NCBI GenBank assembly: GCA_028534125.1
Contig: CM052817.1
Coordinates: 109,060,001 to 109,124,000 of the forward strand
Length of the DNA: 64,000 nucleotides
Direction: 5' to 3'
Source: Lama glama
Lineage: Eukaryota
In this document: positions 51,540 through 64,000 of the stretch, in pieces
How the letters are laid out: each line of letters opens with the position of its first letter
Position numbering within the stretch: the first letter of the stretch is position 1
The notes under the pieces: model-generated
The model's database searches: none
The model's input: the letters and a program-made list of their open reading frames with translations, nothing else
What the model was told of the DNA's origin: nothing
Translations under genes and position numbers: made by a program

Positions 51540-52240
51540 TGTTCCCATGATCCACTGCTGCATAACAAGGTGCCCCAAAATTACTGGCTTAACACAAAAT
51601 GTTGGGGGGGAAGAGACAGACTGGGATTTCAAAATTGTAGAATAGATAAACAAGATTATACTGTATAGCACAGGGAAATATATACAAGATCTTATGGTAG
51701 CTCACAGAGAAAGGAATGTGACAATGAATATATGTATGTTCATGTATAACTGAAAAATTGTGCTCTACACCGGAATTTGACACATTGTAAAATGATTATA
51801 AATCAACAAAAAATGTTAAAAAAAAAAACACAAAATGCTATTCCGCATGGTTTTGGGGGTTGCCTGGACTCAGGCAGGGGGTTCTCCTGTTGGAGTCAGA
51901 AGCTGGGAATGGAGTCACCATCATTCTTTGACTTCACAGGCCGACTTCCCAGGAGGGTCACCCTAACGGCAGAGAGCTCAGCCGGCCCAGCTAAGCCTTC
52001 TGAGAGCCCGCACATGACCTCTCCGGGCGTCACGGGCTTCCCAGTCCACGTGACGGGGTCCCTGGAGGGACCATCCCAAGAATAAGTGCTCCCAGATACT
52101 CGGGTGGAAAACTCAAGACCTCTTAGGAACCAGCCTAGGAAGGATCAAAATGTTACTCCTGCCACACTCTGTTGGTCAAGTAATCAGCAAAGCCATCCCA
52201 GATGCAAGGGTGGGGGGGACTCTGGCCCTCGACAGAGGAC
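51540..52240 (-). mobile_element. MaLR LTR (MLT1-like), interrupted by a young L1 tail
   Basis: ctgctgcataacaaggtgccccaaaattactggcttaa...ctgccacactctgttggtcaagtaatcagcaaagccatcccagatgcaagg. Confidence 0.65.
51604..51826 (+). mobile_element. Short young LINE-1 3' tail with TSD
   Basis: TSD aacacaaaatg at 51591-51601 and 51827-51837. Poly(A) tail present. Confidence 0.9.
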
Positions 52241-54964
52241 ACGGAAACTCACACTGCAGAAGAGGGTTGAGATGGGGGATGCGAGCGCAGCGACTCTGGG
52301 AAAAACCCACCTGCAGGGACGCAAGAGGACATTGGAGAGCAGAGGTGAGCAGCGTCTACGGAGGACATCCCGTCAGACCGCACGCTCCTCACCAGCTGTA
52401 CTTTTAATGAGTTTTCAAACCCTACACATTCTCTGCTCTGGATGCTTCAGACAGAAATTAGCTACAGCAGCAGCATGGTACCACATTTTATCCCTAATTT
52501 AAGAGTAAGAAAGTGACTGAAATATGGTCTTATCTTGAAGACAATAAATACAGATAAAATGTATAAAATCCAAAAATCTACATCAAAATGTCTTCCTACT
52601 TTTTGTAAATCTCTTTTTGATAAACCACGTTTCTGCTTACTAAATCAGCTAAAGGATAATAATAAATTTCAAGGATTATCTACTTTTATCAATAATCTAC
52701 AAATTGATGGTTTTATAGGAGATTTAAGAAAAATCAATTCCAAACTGTGTACTATCTAGAGAGAGTAATATTTCTAAAAGGTTTCCTCTAAAAATGTTTC
52801 TTATATTTTGTTACTTTACCAACTTAGGATTTTTGGCTACTTTTTGTGGAAGTCTAGAGGTAGATTAATAATAGGCATGATGCAAACAATTTTAAATCCA
52901 CTTTTGAAAAAATGAAAGCGATTGGCTACTCAGAGCCAGAAATTTAATACTGGCAGCAAAGCCTTTCAAAGGGACATTGTCCACTTTTTAAGCTGTTTGA
53001 ATTGTTAAACTGTTTAAATTCACTAATCAAAGGAAATGACAAAATCCACTTGAGAAACAAGTATTTTTCTGAAACTAAACTACAGGTACTAACTATGCAG
53101 CATCTCTTTAATATAAAACGTCTACAAAGAAACACAAGTATTATGTGGATAAAACAGCTTGGGCCAAAACAAATATATATACATACAACTCAGAATTAAC
53201 TAATTCTATCATTCAAAGACTATTGATTGATTGCCCGTTTCATGCCATGCCTGGTTCTTAAAAAACTTTCAAAAATTATTTCAAGAAAAGTAAAAACAGA
53301 AAAATGTATTTTCAGCAGAGAGCCATTCTTGATCATGTATCCAGTGAGAGGCTGGGAGAGACACATGTCCCCTCCCCCAGGAAGTCCTCCCTGGAAGGAC
53401 GGCGAGCGGTGGGAGGCGCCCAGGCTGTGGCTCCTGTGTCACCATTTCAGCAGCTATTTGGTTGCTGCCCGAGAGCTTCAAGTGGAAACATTAGGGTAAA
53501 CATTTTAAAAGTTTCAAGTACTGTCACTTGTATACGAATCAATAAACAGTACTTTGCCATGTCTGCATGAAAAGGAAATTGGTCCAGTGTGTGTCTATTC
53601 TACATTTCAACCTATAACTCAGCTCTAAATATATATCTCGCTCCAAATACATTTTTTTTGGCCTTAATAAAAGAATTAATCTTGAGCTACTGGAGTATTT
53701 GCTTCCTATTTTTGTATGAACAACAAATCTTCATTTAAAAGAAAAATGTTCATTCATTTCCAGACACACATTGTATCTGTGCCGATAGCATCATTAAGAA
53801 ACGACATGTGATCTCTGCCCTCTTGAAGCTTACAGCCCAGCCCAACAAACAAGCAATGAACACAGCGTGAGAACTACTGTGTCTGGGGAAATAGGATGTC
53901 CTCTGAAAGCACAAGACGTATCAGTCCCCAGACTCAAACAGGGCTGAGAACACAGAGAGGGGTGGAGCCTTCCTGGAAGAAGCAATTTGACCAGCAGGAG
54001 ACGAGGACTGATCTAGATGAAAAGGAGCAGGAACAGTGTTCCAATAAAGGGAAGAGCAGGTGCAGAAGCTCAGAGGAGAGAGAGAGAGAGCATGCAAGAC
54101 TGAAAAAAAAAAAAAAGATTCTATAGCAGTTCTGTTCAGCTGGGCTGGAGGAGAGAAAGATGGAGACATAAGTAGTTTCAATTATTTTAAATACTTTTTA
54201 CACTTTCAGTGAGCAATTGGGAATCACTGAAGGGTTTAGGCAAGTGATATGATGAGATATATTTACATTTCAGAAATATCTCTAGTTCTAGAATGAAGAA
54301 GTCATTGGAGGGATTCGAAGAGAGATGGGGAAACCCATCCTTTCTGTAGATACTGGAAGACTCTCCCACAGAAGTGCAGGGAAAATGAAGAAAAATGGTA
54401 GAATTCTGAAAATTCAGTATTTAGGGAACAGACTAAGGATTTCATGACTGGGTAAAATCAGGTGGTGTGAGAGAAAAAAAGTGAAACATCTTTACAATAA
54501 GGCCTACTTTATCCTACTTTTTAATGAAAGGCTGAAGCTCACCACTAAGAGTATTTGATTAATGTATGGAATGAAAAATGTCTATTTTAAAATGTGAGCC
54601 AGGATCTTAAAACAATTTATGAAGATCAGTTGCTTAAGTCAGAGTCACTTATACAGGATAAAAGTCCATTTAATGTATTTGTAATTAGCCTAATCCTAAC
54701 ATAAATACGTACTTTTAAGAAAAGCAGTATTTTAATACATTCAGTTTGCCATTAATATATGCAATTTCAAAACCAGGGGAAAAAAAGCTCGATTAAAAAT
54801 ATACAGTACTGATGAAAACTTTACAGTATTCTAACTTTCCAGTTTCCTCATTGTTCACACTCACATGAAAAGACAAATAAAATAAAATCGTGTATAATTT
54901 AAAGCCATATTAGCTAAAACTGCCTGCTGACCTTGAGGAAAACAGACTTAAGAGCTATTTAAGA

Positions 54965-55250
54965 TAATGCTGGCATTAAAGCAAGTCACAAATGTCAGTC
55001 ACATACACACTGTTAAATTTTCTAGCAGTCATGTTTTAAAAAAGGAAAAACAAACAGCTGAAATTACTGTTAATGATATATTTGCTATAACTCCATATCT
55101 CCAAAACAATATCTTTTCAACACATGATCAATACGGAATCTGCATGAGCAACCCCGCATTCTGTTTGAAACCTGGTGTGTTTTTCATGCCCGCGGCACCA
55201 CCTTTCAAACGTTGGGCTGTCATGTGGAGGCCACCCCCCTGGGCAGCCGG
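54965..55250 (+). mobile_element. MER33-like hAT-Charlie DNA transposon
   Basis: aaattttctagcagtcatg...aaacagctgaaatta...tccaaaacaatatcttttcaacac...ggtgtgtttttca. Confidence 0.6.
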
Positions 55251-55552
55251 CTCTAGAACCTGGAGCCACACACCAGGAGGCTGCCTGCTCGGTCACCCCT
55301 CTGTGCCTTTGCAAACTTAGCCGATGGTCACAATGAGTAAAGGTTAAAAACATTTTAAAGCATTTGTACTGACTGTTTTGGTTACATAGATGTGACCATC
55401 AAGAGAACGTTAAAAGAGAGGAACTGTGGGTTGACACGTTGCTGAGAAGGTGACAAGAGTCAACAAAACTACTTAATAATAGAACATGTAATCAAAAACC
55501 AAATCCCCAAATACTTTTAAATCTCAAACTTAACTCATTTAAAATAATTAAT

Positions 55553-55925
55553 GTCAGAGAAAGGCAAATATCCTATGATATCACTTATATGTGGAATCTA
55601 AGGAATAAAAATAATAAATGTTATTCACAAACCAAAAACAGACTCACAGACATAGAAAACAAGCTATGGTTACCAAAGGGGAAAGGGTTGGGGAGGGGTA
55701 AATTAGGAGTTGGGATTAACAGATACACACTACGGTATGTAAAATAGATAAACAAGGACCTACTGTACAGCACAGGGAACTATATTCAACAGCTTGTAGT
55801 AACATATAATGAAAAAGAATCTGAAAAAAAATGCATATATATGTATGCATATGTATAACTGAATCACTTTGCTGTACACCTGAAACTAACATTGTAAATC
55901 AACTACACTTCGGTAAAATTTTTTT
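55553..55925 (+). mobile_element. LINE-1 3'UTR fragment
   Basis: gtcagagaaaggcaaatatcctatgatatcacttatatgtggaatct...gaatcactttgctgtacacctgaaactaac. Confidence 0.85.
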
Positions 55926-57008
55926 AATTCATCTAAATGCAACCAGTTAAAGGTTAATTTGAATATCTCCTGGGGGTTACTTCCTTTGGAAGTGACCGCT
56001 CTTTCGGAGACCCGGAGTTTGGTCAACTGCTAGCGGGGACTGCAAACCAGCTTCCCTCTTGATTTAATGCCGTTTTAAGTTTATAAGAAAAAATGTCACT
56101 ATGTAAACAACAGACATTTTGATTAAACACCATAGTTCTTATTTTGGCTGTTAAATCAATAATGCAGCTGGACTGAAAGTAGTTTACATTCCAACCAAAC
56201 TGGGCCCCAGTTCAGCTAGTATTGCTCCGACATCATTTTCCAGCAAGATTTGGTTCTTCTCAGTGGCCAGTTTAGAAATACCCTTCACATAATGTTCAAT
56301 GTGAACACGTTTCCAGAAGAGGGTCTAACAAATGCCTGTGCTTAAAATAGCACAGTCGATCCAAAAATAGTCTCCCATCTAATGTGCAATTTACTAGTTA
56401 AAAAAAAAAAGGCAAGATAATTTTAACAAGAAAAGAAGACAAAGGCCTTTGGCAACATTATTTATCTTTGACTTCACCTGAGACTAACTTCGGAGAATTT
56501 CCTATTTTTCTTTCCAGAGTAGATGAACTAACACAGAACTCGGAGCAATGATCTCCAAATCTGAACTCTTGGCGCTTTAGCCAAAATAGCGAGCTTCGGG
56601 CAGGACATCACAGATACTGCTACACGATTTAATAACACAACACAGACTCAGATGACTTACAAATAGAAAATACGCCCATATTATACACATAAAAGCCAAT
56701 GACCAGCAGAAAGAAGCATTTAGAAAAAGGCAGTTGAACAGATCACAACAGGCCAGGATGAGTTTTTCAGAGAACATGACAACTTGCGTATTCAGAGTCG
56801 GGAACCAAAAATGAAAGAAAACAAAGCCAAAATGTATTCAAGACCATCCAAAAACTATTATTATTTTATGTGAATTAGAAAAAATGTCACTGTGATTCCA
56901 TTTCAGCAGAAAGACACTCATGCAGCTGGCTGGACAAAAGTATTCCAGCATCTACAGGTAAGAATCCAAGACTCAGAATTTTTAGCCACAGGACCTCAAA
57001 TTGCTCAC

Positions 57009-57127
57009 CTGGAGAAACTCTCTGACATTGGATCCCAGGACTCGCAGGATTGTATCGTAACCAGATTCTTGACAGAAGACAAAAAACATCTTCCCAAACA
57101 TTTGGAGGATTTCTCCAGCATTGAGAT
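57009..57127 (-). CDS. GUCY1B1: GUCY1B1 exon 4 (119 nt)
   Basis: Translates (N)[39 protein letters not shown]. aaacag acceptor, gtgagc donor. Confidence 0.97.
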
Positions 57128-58568
57128 CTGTTTTATAGATTTGAGAGACAACAACAAAAACAAAACATATTAGAGGTGGAAAATTGTTAACGAGAGGAAT
57201 GAAGGTATGTATATAATTTAAAAATGTTAAATACCCTGTTTTTGTGCAGAGTGACCATCTAGCCAAGAACGTCCAATGAAGGTTTGTACTTATAAACAAA
57301 GCAATCAGTTTCTTAGCTCCCGTGACAAAATTTTGAGCTTTTTTTTAAACTTATATTTAAGGTAGAAGTTATTTTTTCTGAAAATTACAGAAAGATCTTG
57401 AAAATCATCAAGAACACACATGCTATTTTGGTACAGAATGGCTTTTCCTCATGCATATGTAATAACTTGGCTGCATACAGTATGTACCCAAAGATCCTGC
57501 TTTTTCCTTAATATTCAATTATTATGTCCCAAAATTAAAAATTTTTTTCTGTAATATCAATTTTAATCACTACCTTATTCAACACAGGTATGCAACAACT
57601 TATTTCACAAATGTCAGCTTACTCAAAATAGAGGCTCTTTCCAATTCTTTAAAATGTAAGTAACTGAAATGGAAACACTCATATATCTTAATGCACATAA
57701 ATCTAATAATTTCTTTAGGAAAAATTTCTAAAGGATTTCAACATTTTTAAAAAAGATTTTGACTGATGATGCAAAATTATTCTTCAAAAAAGTTGTCTTA
57801 TTTTGCCATCAGATTTTAAAGTGTGAGTTTCCCCTTTAACTCTCCCCTTGACTATTTCATTTTTTAATTGCCAAATTCATATGAAATTATTTTACATTTG
57901 TGTCAATGCTGAGTACTAATGAGGCTGGATGTTTTTCTTATTATTAACAATTTACCATACTTTTCCATAATTCTTGTAGTTTAGTCTGCAAAAGGTGGTG
58001 TTTGCTCTTCCAAGTGTATCTGAGAAAGCTGAAAAGCTGCTTTCTATTCTATCCAAACTGTAGCCCAGTTATAAATGATGCACTATGAGGATAAGAGATA
58101 CTAACTACCTTAAGAACAACTTTTTTTCCATAAAGCTTTTTTTTTTTTGCAGGGTGGACGACTTGGCCTTCTTTGCATTAGTTTTGTCTGATATAGATCT
58201 CTGTTCTTGTTTTTCTTACCAATACCCAAGAAAACTTGTGATTACAGAAAAGATTTGGAGAAAATACTTTCTGTATACCACACTTGTAATTCCTAGGCTG
58301 TTGACACTGCAATATTAAGTTATTACCACATTATTAGCTTATTACATTAAGTACCAATATTTTTTTCCTTCCTCAACACATGGCTTTTTGTAGGGAGGGG
58401 CAGAGAGCTCCTCTATTCTCTAAAGAGTTTGTAAGAGGAAAAATAGAACTCAGGGTAGCCTAGGCCTAACATTATATGTGAATATCCTCCACAACCATAC
58501 AACATTACCCTTTGTTTTGGACACCTACTTGTAGCTCAGCCAGAGAAGGAAAGTCACGTTCAACTTAC

Positions 58569-58669
58569 TGAGGACTTTGCTTGCAGCAGCAACCAAATCA
58601 TAAGTTTTAGAATCATCATATATGATTCGGACAAGAAACTGCCCTTCTTCGTCTAACTGTGCCTCTTTT
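58569..58669 (-). CDS. GUCY1B1: GUCY1B1 exon 3 (101 nt); exons 1-2 lie beyond the window
   Basis: Translates (K)[33 protein letters not shown](N). ttctag acceptor, gtaagt donor. Confidence 0.97.
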
Positions 58670-58969
58670 CTAGAAAACAAAAACAGGAGAGACAGGGGAA
58701 AGAGTTGAGATAAAAGAGCAGGGACTACAGCTCCAAGGATCACACAAAAATGGTTTTATATCTGAAACAGAATATGCTTTTGGCACATTTGTGCACATTG
58801 ATGACATGTACCTAAAAGTCTGGTGACTGAGAACATCTTATTTCACATCCCCGCCCCCAAATTAAAATGATACATTTAAGTATGTCTTAGGAAGACTAAT
58901 GTGTGTGGTACTCTAATGCCCAACGCAATACCTGGTAACAGCTGTAATCAAGAAATAACACTTGGTAAA

Positions 58970-59890
58970 TGAATAGTCAGCAAACATTTGTTGAGTCCCT
59001 ATGTGCGCCAGGTCCTCTTCTAGGCATGAGGGTTTCAGCCTTTAGTGAGATTAAGTGCCTGACCTCTTGGAACAAATGCATTCTAGGAGGGGAGGCTGAA
59101 GAGGCATGAAACTAAGTCATATACATACAGATGTAAGGGTGGGTGGTCTGGAGAAAAATTAAGCTGGGGAGGGGGAGGGATCTCATGTACAGGAGCAGGA
59201 AGCATCACTGAGAAGTCGCCAGTTGAGTCAAGTCTGAAGCCGCTCTGCGGGACCCCTGAGCCACCCGGCCAGGCAGGCCAGGCAGGCGTGTTCCGGGCGG
59301 AGGAAGAGCAGGTGCAGAGAGGGCAGCCCGGGTGTTGGAGGAACAGCAAAGGCCAGTGTGGCAGGAACAGAGGAGGAAGCAGAGGAGCCGTAAGAGGAAG
59401 GATCAGAGGTAACCAGGGCCTGGTGCGAACGGGGTGATGCTTTCATGTACTTGGAAGAGATGAAGGTCCTGGCACTTGTGATACAAGCGGTGAGATGAAC
59501 CGACCTCAGTGAAGGATGGGCCTGTGGCTACACTGAGAATGGACCAAAGGCGCATAGGACGGAGCAGGGACAGAGCGAGGACAGAGCGAGGGCAGAGCAG
59601 GGAGACCAGTGGGGAGGCTACTGCGACATCCAGGAGAGAACTGTCGGTGATGGACTCTGGGTGGAGGCAGTTGGAGGGAGGGAGTGGCCCGGGTCCGGAT
59701 GTTTCCTGAAGGTAAGTTCAGCACGGTTTGCTGATGAACTGGACACAGGATGTGGGAGGAGGGAAGGACGCAAGGATGACACTGCAGTTCTGGCCTGAGC
59801 AGCTGAAGGATGCTGTCACCGGGAGCTGAACTGGGAAAGAGGGTCAGCCCCAGAGCTGTGGTTTAAATGTCCTAAGTGTGAGGCGCGAGT
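58970..59890 (-). mobile_element. LINE-2 fragment
   Basis: cagcaaacatttgttgagtccctatgtgcgccagg...gttggaggaacagcaaaggccagtgtggcagg...gcaaggatgacactgcagttctggcctgagcagctg are typical antisense L2 motifs. Confidence 0.75.
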
Positions 59891-61899
59891 GGACTGGTAA
59901 AATCTTGCAGCACATCCTTAGCATATTAAAGGCTCAGAATGCACACAGGATTAAAGAGGGGCAAACACAGTTATCATTTCAATAGCTGCCACAATTATAT
60001 GAGTATGTTTACTTCAGTGGCATCTGGATTCTTTTTCTCCAACAAGTGTCTGTGTTGTTCAAAGTACCGTCTGCTACGGAAGAGCACTGACGGGCAGGGT
60101 CCCAGAGCGCTTGTCCAGCTTGAGACCCACGATTTCAGGAGCGTCCATCTCCGCCTCTGACTCCAAACCCAGCCATCCAAGCCCCCGGAGGCTCCGGGAG
60201 AATGAACACAAGTGACGGAACAGCCCCTACCCGCCACCCAGGCGGACACAACCACCTTCTCCCCTCGGAGGCGCTGCTGTCACAGCTGCTGGGACACCCG
60301 GGGCTGGGACACCGGCGTCTGCTCGAGGGAACAACTCCAGGCGGCAGCACAGCTTAGGTGCAGGCGGGATGGAGATTTCTCCCAGACAGCCTGTGTCCTT
60401 CAGGACAGGCCACCTGTCTGCCTGCCATGACGCGCCAGCATGCACGTCGGGGGGAAGAGGAGCGTGATTTTGGCGGGCACGGAGATGTGACCTTCAGAGC
60501 CCAGGATGTACCAGCCGATGAGCTTGGGCAAGTCACATAGAGCCTGTGAGCATTAAAATCCCTCTTTTCTAAAATGGGAGCAATTGTATAACCCAGCTGC
60601 CACAGCTGTAAAGAGGTAGAGCACAGAAGCACGTTCTAAGCGTGACGGGTATTACCAAAGCCCACAGCACTTACGTTCACAGACTCAGAAACGCAAAGAG
60701 CTGCACGTAGGTGTGAGGTTCTCACTCTGGCTGAACAGACACAGCTGTTAAATGAAAGGAACACATCTCTAAGACTTCAAGTCTTTTTAAAGCCAAAAGT
60801 CAGTGAAATATCCCCAAATTATGAAGACAGAATGTAAAAACACTGACTTGCCTTAAGACAAATGCTAGTGTGTATCCTACACGTTCTAATTTCTAACTGT
60901 ATAAAAATATACAGTGTGGGAAAAGGAAAACTTTACAAAACCCTCCAGTGTCCTGAGATGACCACTGCTAATGTTATATTCAGGTTGCTCATACTTGAAA
61001 TACTTGGATATGTTACACATACCAGATCATACTCCTATGAAACCTCCTTTCTTGACTTCCTACTGGAAGTAAATGTCAGTAAATTGATTTCTATCCCTAG
61101 ACTACATAGAATTGCCTCGGTTACACACATTGAAGTTTCAACAGGTATTAAATTGCTCTTACTTTTTCACAAGCACAAATAAAAGGTTGTGATGAATACC
61201 TCTGTAACTAATATTTATATTTCTATGTAAAAAATAGGATACATTCCTAGAAATGGAATCATTGAGTTGCAGGATTTGGAGGGCTTCATTTTTTTCTCCT
61301 TTTTGTCACTAACATTTTATTATGAAACAGCATTGGTCTACAGATTCTAATTTCGAAGCCTCTGATTTAGGGCATTCTCATAAAACATAAACCAATCTTA
61401 ATTAAAGATATAATGAAGTACAAATTAATTCATGCTCTCGCTGCGTCCTATCCTTTTTCTTCCAACTGGGGTAAATCAAACAACATAAATTTGTGTAACA
61501 GACTCAGTTTCTCAGAAAGTCACCAGTGAGCTACAAACAGAATACACAGTTCTTCTGCATGAAATAGAGAAATGGCCATCTCCCTAGGGACTCCCCCCCC
61601 ACCATAAGTCAGTGTGTCCCTCTTTTCTGTCTCCTGCTTTAATAAAATAAGCTCCCTTATCTTTTAAGCTTTACTTCCTGAAGTGTTCAGCCCAACACAC
61701 CTCCTGGAGGGAGGCTGAAACAGAAATTAAACAGCAGTACATGAAAGGAAATAACCATCTTCTCTTAAAAATTTCACACTGAAAACCAATGAATTATTCA
61801 AAAGACTTAGAATTCCTTATTTACAGTTGTCTTGGGAAACTTTTGAGTCACCTTTTAATTATACTTTTTTTCCTCCTGGCGGGAGGGGGATGTTTTGCC

Positions 61900-62270
61900 G
61901 CAAATACTTGAACAGCTATTATGCCCCAAGCACTTTTCTAAGTACTTTTACTGTATCAGTGAACAAAATAAAGATCTCTGCCTTCATAGAACTTACAATT
62001 TAGCTGGCAGAAACAAGTGACAGCATATTAATATATATAATTAATATATATAATATATATTATTATGTTTATGAATCATTATGTTTACATAACATACGTG
62101 CAAATTGCATAATTTACTCCAAGATGATAAATGCTACAAAAGACAGCAGGGGAGGATACAGGGTGAGACGAGGGGGTTGGAGGGGGAGGCAGGGCGCAAG
62201 GTTAAATGCAGTGACAGCCGGCGGCTTCCTGAGGGAGTTAATGTTTGAGCAAAGACTCCAGGAGGCAAAA
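61900..62270 (-). mobile_element. LINE-2 3' fragment with an AT-rich insert
   Basis: caaatacttgaacagctattatgccccaagcacttttctaag...cagtgaacaaaa...ctgccttcatagaacttac...gtttgagcaaagact. Confidence 0.65.
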
Positions 62271-64000
62271 TGACCCAATCTCTCTGGATCCACTTCACTT
62301 CTTTCTGTAGCCCATTCCTCCAATTCTTCCCTTTTCAGAGTAAAAGCTAATTGGAGATATTACACTTTATTAATGATCAGCTCACTCCATTCAGCTGAGC
62401 AGGGGAACTTAACAGCGCAGAGAAGTAATAGCCAAAAAATTAATTTCAGGCAGTATTATTGTGATTAATGTCAGTAGACATTTTGAGCTAATAAACGCTT
62501 TCTTGGGGTCTCTTGATTCTCAATACTGCTTTTCTTCCAGCTTCCAGGAAAATTTAGGTTTGTTCAGACTTTGTGCTGGTTCAGCCTCCAGAGAGCACGG
62601 ACACGTGATGACAGTAATCTCTCAGATTTATTTTTAACATACATCTGCCTCCATCCTTTAAGGGAAGCTCTAAAGCCTTCCTTCCAACGTGACACAATTT
62701 CTTCTCTCCTTAGTGTTAAAAATGTCTCTCACCAGCGACCTGAAGTCACAGAGGATGACCACCACACGTAAGAGAGTTTGGGAAGGGAGCTGGTATTCAG
62801 GTTACAAAAACAATGTCCACAGCTCAGGCACTCTGACCGCGTAATTCTCCATCCCTCACTTTCCCAACCCATAACTTTCAAGGACTTTTTTTTCTTAAAA
62901 GCAAAGTAAAGGATGAATCCAACATACAGATGTAACACTTGTAACAATACTTGAAATCATTTTCTTGAATTCCTTTTGTGCTTAGACCATCCCAATTCAG
63001 TCAGGCACATGAACCAAATCTTCTAGACTCATTCATTATTCAGAACATATTTTTGAGCATCAATTTTGTCTAAATTGTTGTACCACACCAGGAAATTATG
63101 TAATTTCCTGTAATTTAAATTATATTTACATAGGAGGAGAACACAGGCTTCTCCAAGAAACATAGTTTAAAATTTCCCTGAAGAGAAAAAAACGACTTTG
63201 GACATAGGTTTGGTTTTCTTTCCAACACTTTTTCGGTGACAAAAAATACCATATCAAGCCATAAGCAAATCGGAGCACAGTGTATTCAACACTGTTCATC
63301 TACCAAATGGTAACCAATGGAACAGCCATCACCATATATTTGGCTGGTGTGACCGCATTCCATTGTTTCCCATTATTATTATAAAAATCCCTTGGAAAAC
63401 CCCAAACAGACATAGTGTTGCACTTTTCCAGATAGTATGACATACAGTAGTTTGTGTTATCTTCCCCTGTATACTTAATAAATGTGGTTTGGCAGGGGGG
63501 AGGCTAAGCATTAGAGTTCTCTACTTGGCGCATCACTCAGTGATTCGAGGTGGAGGTGCGGGGGGGGGGGGGGAGGACCAGGAAGTAAGTGGAGGAAGAG
63601 GGGGAGGGGACAACACAGCCTTGGCGGCTCTCACTCAGCATCAGAATAATTAACCTAAAGTTGCTCTCAATTTGTGGATTCGCTGATAGGATTCATTCAG
63701 ATAGCCAAAATCAAACAAGTTCTAGCCCTCCTGGGAGCTTTAAAAACAAAGTCCAAACCTTCATCTACAGACAGAACCAGAAATAATCCTATTCTATATA
63801 TCTGTAGCCAGAATAAGTGTTAAAAATTGAGGCGGCAGATGTGGACAATTTTCCCACTGACAATTCATCTCCCACTTGCTCTTAGAAATGGTTACTTGCT
63901 GGAATTGAAACTGATCATTTCTTTACACTAATTACCTTTCCCCAAAAGGACAGTTGGCATTTTTATCAGGGTGGGATTTTCTGGTTTTGTGGTTTCGCCT

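Noticed and set aside
62026..62066. AT-only quasi-palindromic stretch
   Set aside because: Low-complexity (TA)n-derived sequence within an L2 remnant; self-complementarity is trivial.
1..64000. CRISPR arrays, operons, rRNA or other prokaryote-style systems
   Set aside because: The sequence is intron-containing mammalian DNA, and no regularly spaced repeat-spacer structure was seen.

Overview
Mammalian genomic DNA, very probably a camelid, judged from Vic-1-like tRNA-derived SINEs and young L1 tails. It holds two interrupted protein-coding genes, both on the minus strand. (1) GUCY1B1 (soluble guanylate cyclase beta-1): coding exons 3-14 at 58669->29457, in frame, with the heme and catalytic motifs intact, a GC-AG intron after exon 10 and a poly(A) signal near 28350. 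Exons 1-2 lie beyond the right edge. (2) ASIC5 (BASIC/ACCN5): exon 3 (cut by the gap) to exon 8 at 10746->2788. A gap of exactly 500 N (10747-11246) breaks ASIC5 exon 3. I found no ASIC5 exons 1-2 to its right, and the gene is co-oriented with GUCY1B1, whereas the human pair is convergent. This points to a mis-oriented contig or, less likely, a real inversion. The most interesting biological signal is a set of focal GC/CpG-rich patches in an otherwise AT-rich locus: GC3 is about 90% in GUCY1B1 exons 9-10 versus 33% in exon 3, and old L2 and MIR copies appear rewritten by A/T->G/C changes, consistent with GC-biased gene conversion. The rest is ordinary interspersed repeat and microsatellite. 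I see no convincing evidence of a novel coding system. Exon numbers, repeat family names and human comparisons are recalled, not searched.
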